A stretch of 64,000 bases of DNA. Origin: Sedimentisphaerales bacterium (GTDB lineage Bacteria; Planctomycetota; Phycisphaerae; Sedimentisphaerales; SM23-30). The stretch lies in NCBI GenBank assembly GCA_963666285.1, contig OY762711.1; one strand, given 5' to 3'. Position numbers and translations under genes: made by a program. Positions 38,319 to 50,472 of the stretch are shown here, one piece after another. Under the pieces are notes generated by a model that ran no database searches, was not told the DNA's origin, and saw nothing but the letters and a program-made list of their open reading frames with translations. The stretch's first letter is position 1. Each line of letters starts with the position of its first letter.

Positions 38319-39017
38319 ATGCTGGAGCAGTTATTTACCGACTTGACAAACTGGATTGAAGGTGCGTGGTATATCGCATTGCTGGTATCGTTTGCCTGGG
38401 GAGTGTTGAGTGTAATATTGAGTCCCTGCCACCTTGCGAGTATACCGCTAATTGTCGGTTTTATTGACGGGCAGGGTAAGTTGACTACAGGTCGTGCGTT
38501 TGGCATATCGACAGTATTTTCAGCAGGTATTCTGTTAACTATTGCTGCAATAGGTATTATAACATCTTTTGTTGGCGGCATAATAGGTGATATTGGAAGT
38601 TGGGTGAACTACCTGGTGGCAATATTGTTTTTTGTATTTGGCCTGCATTTACTGGAGGTTTTTGAGTTGCCATTTAGCGGTCCTGGTCAAGTCGGGTTTA
38701 AAGGTAAGGGGATTTTGGCGTCATTTATTTTGGGTCTTGTATTTGGCCTGGCACTTGGTCCTTGTACATTTGCGTTTATGGCACCGGTATTGGGTGTTGT
38801 GCTTAAGCAAGGAACAGAGAATATAATATTTGGTGCAATGTTGATGCTTTTATATGGTATTGGTCATTGTTCGGTAATAATTTTTGCAGGCACATTTTCT
38901 AATGTAGTTCAGGTATATTTAAATTGGAATGAGAAAAGTAAAGGTGCGATTATTATCCGGCGATTATGCGGTGTGTTGGTACTGGTTGCCGGTCTTTGGA
39001 TGATTTATATTGCATAA
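38319..39017 (+). CDS. ccdA: CcdA/DsbD-type transmembrane disulfide reductase
   Basis: ILSPCHLASIP and LGPCTFAF motifs; multiple TM helices. Confidence 0.85.
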   Translation: MLEQLFTDLTNWIEGAWYIALLVSFAWGVLSVILSPCHLASIPLIVGFIDGQGKLTTGRAFGISTVFSAGILLTIAAIGIITSFVGGIIGDIGSWVNYLVAILFFVFGLHLLEVFELPFSGPGQVGFKGKGILASFILGLVFGLALGPCTFAFMAPVLGVVLKQGTENIIFGAMLMLLYGIGHCSVIIFAGTFSNVVQVYLNWNEKSKGAIIIRRLCGVLVLVAGLWMIYIA

Positions 39018-39222
39018 ATATGCTATTTTGTAGATTATTATAGGACCTGTTGTTGAAAAGAGCAGTTTTGTTATTTTATCTCAATCGATGAGTGTTTTTG
39101 GTCGAATTATCATATAGTATCAGCTTATATGCAGGTATTTGAATACGAGTTGTGTTTTTTTTACATGAAGTTTAATTTGATATAAAAGTTGTTCATAATA
39201 ATTTCTTCTATTTGGAGATAGT

Positions 39223-40128
39223 ATGATCTGGAGCAAAATAAAGAGTTTCATTATTTGCCTGTTTATAATTGTTTCTATGGCAATTCGAGTAAATGCGCAC
39301 GAGCCAGAAGAAATCAAGTTCGGTATAATCCCACTTGAATCTTCAAGGATAATGTACTATCAGTTTTTGCCCCTGTCAAAATATCTAAGTGAAGAGCTGG
39401 GCGTAAATGTTAAGCTGGTTGTCGGTTTAAACTATCAGGATACAATGGATGCCCTGGGCAAGAATGAAGTTCAGATTGCATATTTGACACCAACGACATA
39501 TCCGAAGTGTGAAAAACAGAATCCAGATGCAGGTATTAAACCTATTGTTCGATTTCAGTTAAACGGAAAAGGCACATACCGTTCCTGCATAATTGTACCG
39601 ACAGAAAGCAAGATAGATGAGCTGTCAGACTTGAAAGGTAAAACATTTGCGTTTGGCAGTACTAATTCGACCTCATCGCATCTTATGCCAAGGGCTATGC
39701 TGGTTCAATCGGGAATTGATATTGATAAAGATCTGGCATCGTATAAATATCTGGGCAGTCATACGAATGTGGCAATTGGCATTAAGTGGAGCAAATACGA
39801 TGCCGGCGGAGTAAAAGAATCGGTAGCAGAGAAATATCAGAATGCAGGGACATGTAAGATAATTGCGAAGTCTAAGGATATCCCAGAGTTTCCCATATGT
39901 GTAAATAAGTATGTGGATGTCGAAATGGTTGAAAAGATTGAGAAAGCACTGTTGGAATTGAAAGTAATGGATTCTGATGACTGTGTTGACAATATAGTTT
40001 TACAGTCAATTAATAAAAAATATACAGGCTGCGAGCCGGCACGAAGTAAAGATTATGACTCTATCAGGGATATGATTGCCGATATATACGGTGACGATTT
40101 CTACAAGCGTGATATCATCCACGATTAA
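39223..40128 (+). CDS. PhnD-like phosphate/phosphonate solute-binding protein (orphan)
   Basis: FGIIP, YLSEELG, DLKGKTFAFGSTNSTSSHLMP, GSHTNV. Confidence 0.82.
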   Translation: MIWSKIKSFIICLFIIVSMAIRVNAHEPEEIKFGIIPLESSRIMYYQFLPLSKYLSEELGVNVKLVVGLNYQDTMDALGKNEVQIAYLTPTTYPKCEKQNPDAGIKPIVRFQLNGKGTYRSCIIVPTESKIDELSDLKGKTFAFGSTNSTSSHLMPRAMLVQSGIDIDKDLASYKYLGSHTNVAIGIKWSKYDAGGVKESVAEKYQNAGTCKIIAKSKDIPEFPICVNKYVDVEMVEKIEKALLELKVMDSDDCVDNIVLQSINKKYTGCEPARSKDYDSIRDMIADIYGDDFYKRDIIHD

Positions 40129-40154
40129 ATGACTTAGCCATTTTAAATTCGGTA

Positions 40155-41204
40155 TTATTTTCCGAGTATGTCTACAATTCCTTGAAGAAGAGCATTGTTT
40201 TCTTCCGGGGTACCGATGGATATCCGCACCTTATCACGCAGGCCGTCAGCGTCGAAATACCTAATGTAAATTTCATTTTCTACAAGTCTTTCGTAGATGA
40301 ATTTTGCGGCAGGTTCTTCTATTTTAGCCAGCAGGAAGTTTGTGTGACTGTCGGGAACATCAAAGCCCAGGTTACGCAAGGCCAGGGTGACTCTTTCCCG
40401 TTCAGATTTGATTTTTGCTACATTATCCAGGAAGTAGTCCTGGTCTGTCAAAGCGGCGATAGCGGCTTTTTGGGTGGCAATATTAACATTATAAGAGTCT
40501 TTGACTTTCAGCAGTGCGTCAGCGATTAACCTTGAGGTAAGGAGGTATCCGAAGCGCATACCAGCCATAGAATATCCTTTGCTGAAAGAGCGAAGGATGG
40601 CAATATTCTCAAAGCTGTTAAGCAGTCTGATGCAGTTATCTTCGGCGAAATCGGCATAAGCTTCATCGATGAGCAGGACACCGTCGAATTTTTCGGCAAA
40701 CTCGGCAATTTTTTCGGGGGAAATAAAAGAGCAAGTCGGAGCGTTAGGGTTGCAAATAATCGCCAGTTTAGCACCACAGGTTGCCAGGGTATCGGGTATG
40801 CTGTAACCAGTACTCCATGGAATTTCAATGATCGGGCAATTCTGGATGTGAGCCAGTACCGGGTATAAAGAATAAGTTGGAGTAGGATACGCCAGTGGTC
40901 TGTGACTGTCGCAACAGGCTCGAACCAGCATTGAAAGTAATTCGTCACCGCCGTTGCCGCAGATGATCTGGTCCGGTGATACTCCGTGCAGTTCAGAAGC
41001 GACTTTTCTGAAGCCTTTCCAGGTGAAGGGGGGGTAGACTTTCAGGTCTTTGGCGGTGAGGTTGGCCAGGGCTTCAAATACTTTAGGCGAGGCGGGATAG
41101 GGATTTTCGTTGGTGTTCAGCTTGATAGCTGAAGGTGAATCGGGCTGGTAGCCCGGTGTATAGCCTGCCATTTTGCGTATATTGTCGTTAAATAAGAAAT
41201 TCAT
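40155..41204 (-). CDS. hisC: Histidinol-phosphate aminotransferase
   Basis: KLNTNENPY, GNGGDE, CNPNAPT, IDEAY, RSFSKGYSMAGMRFG. Confidence 0.95.
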   Translation of the reverse strand: MNFLFNDNIRKMAGYTPGYQPDSPSAIKLNTNENPYPASPKVFEALANLTAKDLKVYPPFTWKGFRKVASELHGVSPDQIICGNGGDELLSMLVRACCDSHRPLAYPTPTYSLYPVLAHIQNCPIIEIPWSTGYSIPDTLATCGAKLAIICNPNAPTCSFISPEKIAEFAEKFDGVLLIDEAYADFAEDNCIRLLNSFENIAILRSFSKGYSMAGMRFGYLLTSRLIADALLKVKDSYNVNIATQKAAIAALTDQDYFLDNVAKIKSERERVTLALRNLGFDVPDSHTNFLLAKIEEPAAKFIYERLVENEIYIRYFDADGLRDKVRISIGTPEENNALLQGIVDILGK

Positions 41205-41599
41205 AACTTTCCTTAGTACCTATTGCTTAGAACACGGTTCATTGATCGAGAAAACTATATTTTATCATTTTGCGACTCAATTTTATATATTTGGGAAGGG
41301 AATAGCAAGGTGCAAGCACTATGAAATTTTTAAGAAATATACATAGGCCTGAAGAAGTAGGGGTGTTCAAGAGTAATTATTGCAATAGTTACTGTAAAAT
41401 ATGAGGTTTATGTTGTTGTTGTTAAAAGGCTTACATTGATAATCCATTAAAGATGGAATAGTGTTTGTCTTGACATGATACATGATAATTTGATATGATT
41501 TAATGGCTTTATAATGTTTGGAGTAAAGAAGGGTGTTCTTTTCGGGGCTTTTCCTTTTTTATTGCATTTGAATTATTATATTACTTAAGAGGAATTGGA

Positions 41600-42466
41600 A
41601 TGAAGAATTTATTGGTATTAGTATTATTGAGTATGTGTTTAGTTACCGGTGCTGTATCTGCGGCTTCCATTCGTGGTATTGATATTGATTTTGTGGCTAT
41701 CAATAATCCGGGTAATGAAGCGGACAGTTCCGGCTTTGGTGCAGTTGATTATACCTATCAGATGGGTAAGTATGAGATAACTAATGCCCAGTGGGATGCG
41801 TTTGTATCAGCAGCTGGTACACCTATCGGTAATCCGGAAACTGCATATGATACAAGTGCTTACTGGCCGGAAGCGAGCGTGCCGGTCAATGGAGTAAGCT
41901 GGTATGAAGCTGCTCAGTTCTGCAATTACCTGACTAGTGGTGATAAGAGCAGGGGAGTATATCAATTCAGCGGCACGAATGCCAATCCGGGAGATTTTGT
42001 TGGGATAGACAGGACACTAGCAATCTCTATCTATGGCACAGCTTATGTTATCCCTACCGAGGATGAGTGGTATAAGGCTGCTTATTATAAGCCTGATGGC
42101 AGCGGATATTCGCTTTATGCCAATGGGCAAGATAGTATTCCTGTGCCCGATAATGGCTGGAACTATGATGGCGGTGCTTACAATTCACCGTGGAGTGTCG
42201 GAACAGGGACCGAAGAGCAAAATGGCACCTATGACATGATGGGCAATGTATGGGAGTTAAATGAGAATGAGATCGATTCCAGCCGCATTGTTCGCGGCGG
42301 CTCCTTCAGTCCTATGGACAAGCTTCTAGGAACTTCCGTTCGGGCCGGTATTAGCCCAGTCAATGAGTATGGCTTTGTTGGCTTTCGAGTTGCAGTTGTT
42401 CCTGAACCGTGCAGTCTGGTATTGTTTGGTTTAGGCGGATTGGTTTTGCGTTGTAGAAAAAGGTAA
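41600..42466 (+). CDS. FGE/SUMF1-like domain protein with PEP-CTERM tail
   Basis: GKYEITNAQ, PVNGVSWYEA, PTEDEWYKAA, YDMMGNVWE, RGGSF, GFRVA; VPEPCSLVLFGLGGLVLRCRKR. Confidence 0.9.
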   Translation: MKNLLVLVLLSMCLVTGAVSAASIRGIDIDFVAINNPGNEADSSGFGAVDYTYQMGKYEITNAQWDAFVSAAGTPIGNPETAYDTSAYWPEASVPVNGVSWYEAAQFCNYLTSGDKSRGVYQFSGTNANPGDFVGIDRTLAISIYGTAYVIPTEDEWYKAAYYKPDGSGYSLYANGQDSIPVPDNGWNYDGGAYNSPWSVGTGTEEQNGTYDMMGNVWELNENEIDSSRIVRGGSFSPMDKLLGTSVRAGISPVNEYGFVGFRVAVVPEPCSLVLFGLGGLVLRCRKR

Positions 42467-42653
42467 AAAACTTATACCAATCCGTAAAACGGATGGACTA
42501 TTTATTTGGTGATGCTACACATTATTCACGACGGAAAAAGTGTAACAGTCCTATAACTATTTGTTAAGTGTGGATGGCGGTTTTAGTATGCTGTCTGTAA
42601 GATGTTGATTATCAGTATTTTAAGAAAAAGTGATGTTTTTTAATTCTTTATGG

Positions 42654-42802
42654 TTGACATATTTGCTAAAAGGTTTATAATTTCTCTCCCTTGTCCAGAT
42701 AAGATTTTGGACAACCCGCTGGGGCTGAAATACTCCGAAATATTTGAATAAAAATAAATTATTGAAATTAAGAGTTGACAGTTTCAGAAAAAAAGCTATA
42801 AT
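42654..42802 (+). promoter_or_regulatory. Tandem rRNA promoters P1/P2
   Basis: TTGACA-N16-TATAAT at both 42654-42681 and 42775-42802; boxA-like GTTCTTTGACAA near 42849. Confidence 0.85.
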
Positions 42803-43085
42803 TATGCGTCTCAACATTGGGCGAGTAAGTCAGATGTTGAGAGCAAAAGTTCTTTGACAATTAAACAGTGACATATGCTTTATAGCGAGAATGTGATCTT
42901 TTACCGGGAACTATGAGTCCTGGTAAGAGTTAAACAAATAGCGGGTTACGACCCCGCATTTGGTGTAAAAAAATTGGTAACTTTCCTACCCGGGAAGGTT
43001 ACTATTCAACATTCTCAATCATAGGTGAGTTTTTGTTGAGCCATCAATCGTAAATATCATAACTTCGGTTATGACAACGATAAAT

Positions 43086-44630
<1,545 letters not shown>

Positions 44631-44721
44631 GGGATACTAGACCGTTGGTGGATTCATTTCTACCAATGAGTATCGTCAGCACATTTTCGCTGGCATTTTG
44701 TCACTGTTTTTTGAAATATCT

Positions 44722-44754
44722 AAAGTCCTGTACCATACGGTGCAGGACTTTTTT
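44722..44754 (+). terminator. Terminator after the 16S rRNA gene
   Basis: AAAGTCCTGTACC/GGTGCAGGACTTT hairpin followed by a T-run. Confidence 0.8.
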
Positions 44755-44832
44755 GTGTTTAAAGGGGAATATTTGTATTAAATTAAATATTCTGTCGATA
44801 ATGTTTTTATTATTGATTAACCAGGTTATTGA

Positions 44833-46242
44833 ATGTTATTTAATACATTTACATTTATATTTTTCTTCGTGGTAGCTGTTACAATGTCAAGAGCTATCAA
44901 ATCATGGTCGTTGAATAAATTATTCCTTTTGCTCATCAGCTATTTATTTTATGCATCATGGAATCCCCCATTTGTTATTTTGCTTTGGATTTCTACAATA
45001 GGAGACTGGTATTTTGCAAAATTGATTTTTAATACTGCAAGTATATCCAGGAAAAAAGTTTATTTATTCGGTTCATTATTATTGAATCTTGGTATGTTAG
45101 GATATTTTAAGTATGCTAATTTTGTGTTGGAGAATTTTGTCTTTTTATTGTCATCATTTGGAATTAGCTGGCAGCCCCATCCACTAGATATTATCTTACC
45201 GGTTGGCATCTCATTTTATACATTTCAGACTTTGAGTTATACTATAGATGTGTATAGGGGTAATATGCCACCTGCAAAAAGTGTATTGGATTATGCTTTA
45301 TATGTGACATTTTTTCCGCAACTGGTAGCAGGTCCTATTGTCAGGGCGGTAGATTTTATTCCGCAGTGTGTTAAGTCAAAAAGAGCAACAGTAGACCAGT
45401 TATCATGGGGAGTAACTTTATTTATTTTAGGGTTATTTTACAAAGTAGTGATTGCGGACGGTCTAATGGCAGGAATAGTCGAGACCGGTTTTAGTTCAGA
45501 AGGTACTCCCGGATTTTTAAATGCGTGGGGAGCAACATTGAGTTTTAGTACCCAGATATTTTGTGATTTTGCCGGATATTCAACATGTGCAATTGGAATT
45601 GCATTATGTTTCGGCTTTGCTCTGCCTGATAATTTCAGGTTTCCTTATGCCGCATTAGGGTTTTCTGATTTCTGGCGAAGATGGCATATATCATTGTCTT
45701 CATGGCTGAGAGATTATTTATATATATCCCTGGGAGGTAATCGCAGAGGCAAGTTATTAACATATAGGAATTTGTTATTAACAATGTTTTTGGGAGGACT
45801 TTGGCATGGGGCCAGCTGGAATTTCGCTATATGGGGCCTTCTGCACGGTTTGTTTTTGATATTCGAACGTTCAGTATATATTATTTTGCCGCATTGGAGG
45901 TCCAAAACAAATATTCTATTTCAATTATTCTGGGGCGGAATTACTTATATATGTGTATGTTTTGCCTGGGTGTTTTTCAGAGCTAATAGTCTTGATGGAG
46001 CGGTAACTATTATTTCCGGTATGCTGGGTTGTCATGGTATGGGACATATTAATCGTAAGATAGCATTTATTGTCCCAATTTCTTTAGTTATTTTTCATTG
46101 GTTGATGCGAGATACGACAATAGAAGATGCTGCTGTAAAGATGCCATATTGGTTAAAATCAATAATAATTTCGATATTTATATTTTGTATTATATTGTAT
46201 TGGGGAGGTGAAGATCGTGCCTTTATCTATTTCCAATTCTAA
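44833..46242 (+). CDS. MBOAT family O-acyltransferase (AlgI/PatA-like)
   Basis: LPVGISFYTFQ, FFPQLVAGPI, FWRRWHISLSSWLRDYLYI, GLWHGA, FIYFQF. Confidence 0.93.
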   Translation: MLFNTFTFIFFFVVAVTMSRAIKSWSLNKLFLLLISYLFYASWNPPFVILLWISTIGDWYFAKLIFNTASISRKKVYLFGSLLLNLGMLGYFKYANFVLENFVFLLSSFGISWQPHPLDIILPVGISFYTFQTLSYTIDVYRGNMPPAKSVLDYALYVTFFPQLVAGPIVRAVDFIPQCVKSKRATVDQLSWGVTLFILGLFYKVVIADGLMAGIVETGFSSEGTPGFLNAWGATLSFSTQIFCDFAGYSTCAIGIALCFGFALPDNFRFPYAALGFSDFWRRWHISLSSWLRDYLYISLGGNRRGKLLTYRNLLLTMFLGGLWHGASWNFAIWGLLHGLFLIFERSVYIILPHWRSKTNILFQLFWGGITYICVCFAWVFFRANSLDGAVTIISGMLGCHGMGHINRKIAFIVPISLVIFHWLMRDTTIEDAAVKMPYWLKSIIISIFIFCIILYWGGEDRAFIYFQF

Positions 46243-47317
46243 TTTACGTTTGCCGACAGGTCATTGCAGGAAACAATGGCTATTAGTAATAGTATTTACC
46301 GTTATATTAGTTGTAATATTTGAGTTATATTTACGTTCATTAGGATGTATGCCACAGGTAAAAGATTCTTCCAGTTTGTGGGGATATTATCGTCAAGAGT
46401 GCGATAGAGCTGAAACATCGAATATGCTGGTATCTATTGGCGGCTCTCGCCCACAGGCAGGGTTAAACCCATTCCTGGTAGCCTCACGAACAAATTATTC
46501 AAATGTAGTATTGCTGCATCAGGCGGGATCATCGTTTATTCCAACTTTGCGAGATATAGCATATAACACAGATTATTCCGGGATGATAATATGTTCGTAT
46601 CATCCATTATATTTTTTGTATAGTATGGAAGAGCAACAGGCCTTAGTTGATTTCTATCATGCGAAATACAATAATTCTATATTAACATCATTGTTGACAA
46701 ATATAGATACATATTTAAATCTACAGTTATCTTCTTCGCTTGTTATTAACAATATTAATGGTATTTCCGGTATCGCTTCAAAAATCCTGTCATCTAAACG
46801 CAGTAATATGAAGAAATATCCTAACAGGTTTATGATAAGTGAAACCAGTCTCCTGGAAGCTATGTCAAAGGAGCAGTTGTCGCAATATAAAAAGGAACGT
46901 GCGGTAGCAGGAGTTAGATTTATTGTTGGAAATGATGTGTCAATTGAAGATTTACCCGTAGATCATGATAAGTGGTTTGCATGTTTTAGAGAGGTCCTGC
47001 AGCTGGCAAAAATTATAGAGGATCGGGGCGGTAAATTTATATTTGTTCGCTACCCGATATCTGATGATTGCCGCAGATACGAACAGGAAAAGTTTCCAAA
47101 AGAATTGTATTGGGACGAGGCGGCAAGAATGTCACCAGTATTGATGCTACATTTTCAGGATATACCAGGTTGTGAAAATTTAAGCTGCTTTGACGGCTCA
47201 CATTTGAGTGAAGAAAATGCAAATATATTTACAAATCGATTGATCGAAGAATTGATAAAAACGGGTGTTATGGAACCAAAGCTTAAGATAGAGAATGATA
47301 AGGCCCAAGGCAGATAA
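46217..47317 (+). CDS. SGNH-like periplasmic partner of the MBOAT (AlgJ/PatB-like)
   Basis: GTG start with GGAGG RBS overlapping the MBOAT end; N-terminal TM; GGSR and FDGSHL (DxxH) motifs. Confidence 0.7.
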   Translation: MPLSISNSNLRLPTGHCRKQWLLVIVFTVILVVIFELYLRSLGCMPQVKDSSSLWGYYRQECDRAETSNMLVSIGGSRPQAGLNPFLVASRTNYSNVVLLHQAGSSFIPTLRDIAYNTDYSGMIICSYHPLYFLYSMEEQQALVDFYHAKYNNSILTSLLTNIDTYLNLQLSSSLVINNINGISGIASKILSSKRSNMKKYPNRFMISETSLLEAMSKEQLSQYKKERAVAGVRFIVGNDVSIEDLPVDHDKWFACFREVLQLAKIIEDRGGKFIFVRYPISDDCRRYEQEKFPKELYWDEAARMSPVLMLHFQDIPGCENLSCFDGSHLSEENANIFTNRLIEELIKTGVMEPKLKIENDKAQGR

Positions 47318-47549
47318 CTGAACCAATTAAGTCTATTGTGATTGTGTAAGAATCGTATAATCATTTCAAAGCGTGATTTTTGTACAAAATATATATGTGG
47401 TTTACTCTCATTGCAAATTTTCAGTTCAAATTAAGGAATTTATCTGAATAATTTTCCATTGGACAGGGTTTTGGATTGGCGATATCATATTAGGTTTATT
47501 ATTAGTTAATAGATAAGACTATAGAAACAAACACTTTATATGAGGTTTG

Positions 47550-48566
47550 ATGATGAGTGAAGTACAGTTGAAGGTAACAGGTGTCGGTTCGCCGATTATG
47601 GATTTGCTGGCACATGTATCTGATGATTTTGTAAGCACTTATGCCGGTGAGAAGGGCGGCATGGAGCTGGTAGATGCAGAAGTAATGAGTAAAATGGTGG
47701 AAAATCTGCCGGATACTCCTAAGCTCGCGGCCGGCGGTTCAGCAGCGAATACAGTATTTGCGATGGCAAGATTGGGTATGCCATGTGGTTTTGTCGGAAA
47801 GGTCGGCAGGGATAGCCATGCGGAACAATATCTCGGCCTGTTCCAGAAATACGGGGGTGAGATATCCCGGTTTAAATATAATGACCAGGTGCCAACGGCA
47901 TTATGCTTAAGCCTGGTAACGCCGGATTATGAGCGAACAATGCGTACCTTTCTTGGTGCGGCAGCCACTCTTGCACCAGATGAGATTGTTTCTGAGGATT
48001 TTGCGGGTTATGCTCATGTGCATGTAGAAGGTTATTTATTGTTTAACCAGGAGTTATTGCTGGCGGTACTTGACCGAGCCACAAAAGCGGGATGTACAAT
48101 CAGCCTGGATCTGGGTTCGTTTGAGATAGTTAATGCATTTAAAGATTTGATTAATGATATACTCGAAAAGTATATAGATATTGTTTTTGCAAATGAGGAT
48201 GAATCAAAAGCATTTTGCGGCTCTGAAGATCCAGAGGTTGGTTTGGCAGCTTTAAGTGAGAAGTGTTCAGTTGCTGTAGTGAAACTAGGAGCAGAAGGAT
48301 CGCTGATCCAGGATGAATTAGGAGTTAGTAAGGTGTCTGCCAATATGGTAGAAAATGCAGTTGATACTACCGGTGCCGGTGACTATTGGGCTGCCGGATT
48401 TTTGCATGGATATTTGAACGGATATACGATGGGTGCTTGCGGGCAAATGGGTTCAATCCTGGGAGCAGAAGTGGTGCAGCAGCTAGGAGCAGAGCTGCCG
48501 GAAGAACGCTGGGAAGCGATACTGGAACAGTTTGAAAATATTCCTGAAGACGAAGAAGAAAATTAG
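47550..48566 (+). CDS. PfkB family carbohydrate/adenosine kinase
   Basis: GGSAANT, ERTMRT, FANEDE, DTTGAGD. Confidence 0.92.
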   Translation: MMSEVQLKVTGVGSPIMDLLAHVSDDFVSTYAGEKGGMELVDAEVMSKMVENLPDTPKLAAGGSAANTVFAMARLGMPCGFVGKVGRDSHAEQYLGLFQKYGGEISRFKYNDQVPTALCLSLVTPDYERTMRTFLGAAATLAPDEIVSEDFAGYAHVHVEGYLLFNQELLLAVLDRATKAGCTISLDLGSFEIVNAFKDLINDILEKYIDIVFANEDESKAFCGSEDPEVGLAALSEKCSVAVVKLGAEGSLIQDELGVSKVSANMVENAVDTTGAGDYWAAGFLHGYLNGYTMGACGQMGSILGAEVVQQLGAELPEERWEAILEQFENIPEDEEEN

Positions 48567-48751
48567 TACGTGAGAAAGTAGTGCGGTATCGCACTTTTGA
48601 CTGTTCAGCATTATACGCAAAGTCCGTAACAGGGCCAATTAAGTGAAAAATGAATAATGAAAAGTGAAAAATTCAGGTGTTCGACTATCGTCTTACACTT
48701 TGTTTTAAAAAAGCGTTGCAGGAAGGCTCTTTTAGGCAATTTACCAGAGGC

Positions 48752-48791
48752 ACTTCGTTATTGCAACTTAAAAACTGCAAAAGTAAACTAA
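48752..48791 (+). repeat. 40-bp direct repeat, copy 1
   Basis: ACTTCGTTATTGCAACTTAAAAACTGCAAAAGTAAACTAA; 37/40 identical to 50334-50373. Confidence 0.85.
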
Positions 48792-48808
48792 ATAGAGAGA
48801 AAATATAT

Positions 48809-50191
48809 ATGAAGATGAAAAATGTTAGTTGGCAGGAGCGATATCATGCTCCCGAGATATTTACGTTGATATGCCGGCTTGAAGATAAACCTGGAATGCT
48901 GGGCAGGGTAATCTCTGCAATAGGTGAGAGTAATACGCATGTCGGTTCGATTCTAACAATTGGAGTGGATTCCAGTCATAAGGTTCGCAAGATTCGAGTA
49001 TTTTGTTCGGATCAGGAGCATTTAGCAGAGGTAGTTTCGATCATAGAAGCAATTGATGGCGTTGAGGTTCTTGAGGTTATTGATGAGGTGATGGAGATTC
49101 ATCGACGTGGCCCAATTGAGACAGTGAGCAGGGTAAAGATAGATCGGATCTCAGATTTGAGAATGATTTACACCCCCGGAGTAGCGTCGGTATGTAAAAA
49201 AATCGAATCTGACCCGGAAAGTGCGTATGAGATAACCGGTATTTGCGATCGGGTAGCGATAGTGACAAATGGCACAGCCGTTTTGGGGCTGGGCGATATC
49301 GGAGTACTTCCTTCGCTTCCGGTGATGGAGGGTAAGGCGGCAATTTTTGCCGAGTTTGCTAATATAAGTGCGGTTCCAGTTTTAATCGAGTCCAAGGATA
49401 CAGACACTATAGTTGATACTGTTATCAGGATAGCCAAGTCTTATGGAGCGATTCAGTTGGAAGATATAGCAGCTCCGGAATGTTTCGAAATTGAAAAACG
49501 TCTGCAAGATGCCCTCGATATTCCCGTATTGCATGATGACCAGCATGGAACGGCAACAGTAGCTTTGGCAGCTCTTATAAGCTCATTAAAGAGAACCGGC
49601 AGAACAGCAGAAAATTGTTCTGCAGTTATTCTTGGTGCCGGAGCAGCCGGTGTCGCGATAACAAAGATATTGCTGACATATGGCATAAAGGATATCGTCG
49701 TATATGATTCCTGCGGCGCAATTTATCGCGGCAGAACCGAGAAGATGAATTCGGTTAAACAGGAGCTGGCAGAGATAACGAATCCAGATAATCTCCAGGT
49801 TTCACTTGAGGAAGGTTTTAAGGGCAGGGACATCTTTATTGGTGTGGCTCGCCCGAATATGGTTACAAAAGATATGGTAAGGAGTATGGCGAAAGATTCC
49901 ATAGTCTTTCCTTTAAGCAACCCGGTTGGTGAGATTGATATTCGTGACGCAATGGAAGCCGGAGCAGCGATAGTTGCAGATGGGCGAACTTTGAATAATG
50001 CCCAGGCATATCCGGGATTGTTTAGGGGGGCATTGGATGCGAAAGCACAGGACATAACACCTGAGATGCAGTTGGCGTGCGCCCTTAAACTGGCAGAAAA
50101 AGCAGAGGAACCATATTTATTACCAGACATGCTTGACCGTGATATTCACAAGGAAATAGCAAAGGCGGTTGCTGAGGCATCCCGGAAATAA
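48809..50191 (+). CDS. NAD(P)-dependent malic enzyme with N-terminal ACT domain
   Basis: DKPGMLGRV ACT motif; YTPGV, TNGTAVLGLGDIG, PVMEGK, LEDIAAP, HDDQHGTA, GAGAAG, LSNP. Confidence 0.92.
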   Translation: MKMKNVSWQERYHAPEIFTLICRLEDKPGMLGRVISAIGESNTHVGSILTIGVDSSHKVRKIRVFCSDQEHLAEVVSIIEAIDGVEVLEVIDEVMEIHRRGPIETVSRVKIDRISDLRMIYTPGVASVCKKIESDPESAYEITGICDRVAIVTNGTAVLGLGDIGVLPSLPVMEGKAAIFAEFANISAVPVLIESKDTDTIVDTVIRIAKSYGAIQLEDIAAPECFEIEKRLQDALDIPVLHDDQHGTATVALAALISSLKRTGRTAENCSAVILGAGAAGVAITKILLTYGIKDIVVYDSCGAIYRGRTEKMNSVKQELAEITNPDNLQVSLEEGFKGRDIFIGVARPNMVTKDMVRSMAKDSIVFPLSNPVGEIDIRDAMEAGAAIVADGRTLNNAQAYPGLFRGALDAKAQDITPEMQLACALKLAEKAEEPYLLPDMLDRDIHKEIAKAVAEASRK

Positions 50192-50333
50192 TTGAGAAAA
50201 ATCAAATTTTCATGCCTATAATCATCTTAGAGAGTATTAAATAATATAAGATGAGGCAGATAAATAAATAAAAATTGGTATTAAGTATTTAAAAAATGAG
50301 TGTAGTTTGTGCTTCATATCATATGCCGGGTGT

Positions 50334-50373
50334 ACTTAGTTATTGCAACTTAAAAACTGCGAAAGTTAACTAA
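50334..50373 (+). repeat. 40-bp direct repeat, copy 2
   Basis: ACTTAGTTATTGCAACTTAAAAACTGCGAAAGTTAACTAA. Confidence 0.85.
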
Positions 50374-50472
50374 TTTAAAACTCCAAATATTATTGTTTTT
50401 CGTGTATATACTATATATTACTATTTGTGTTTTATGAATTTGGTGAAGAAATACGTTAATGTGAGGTTAGGC

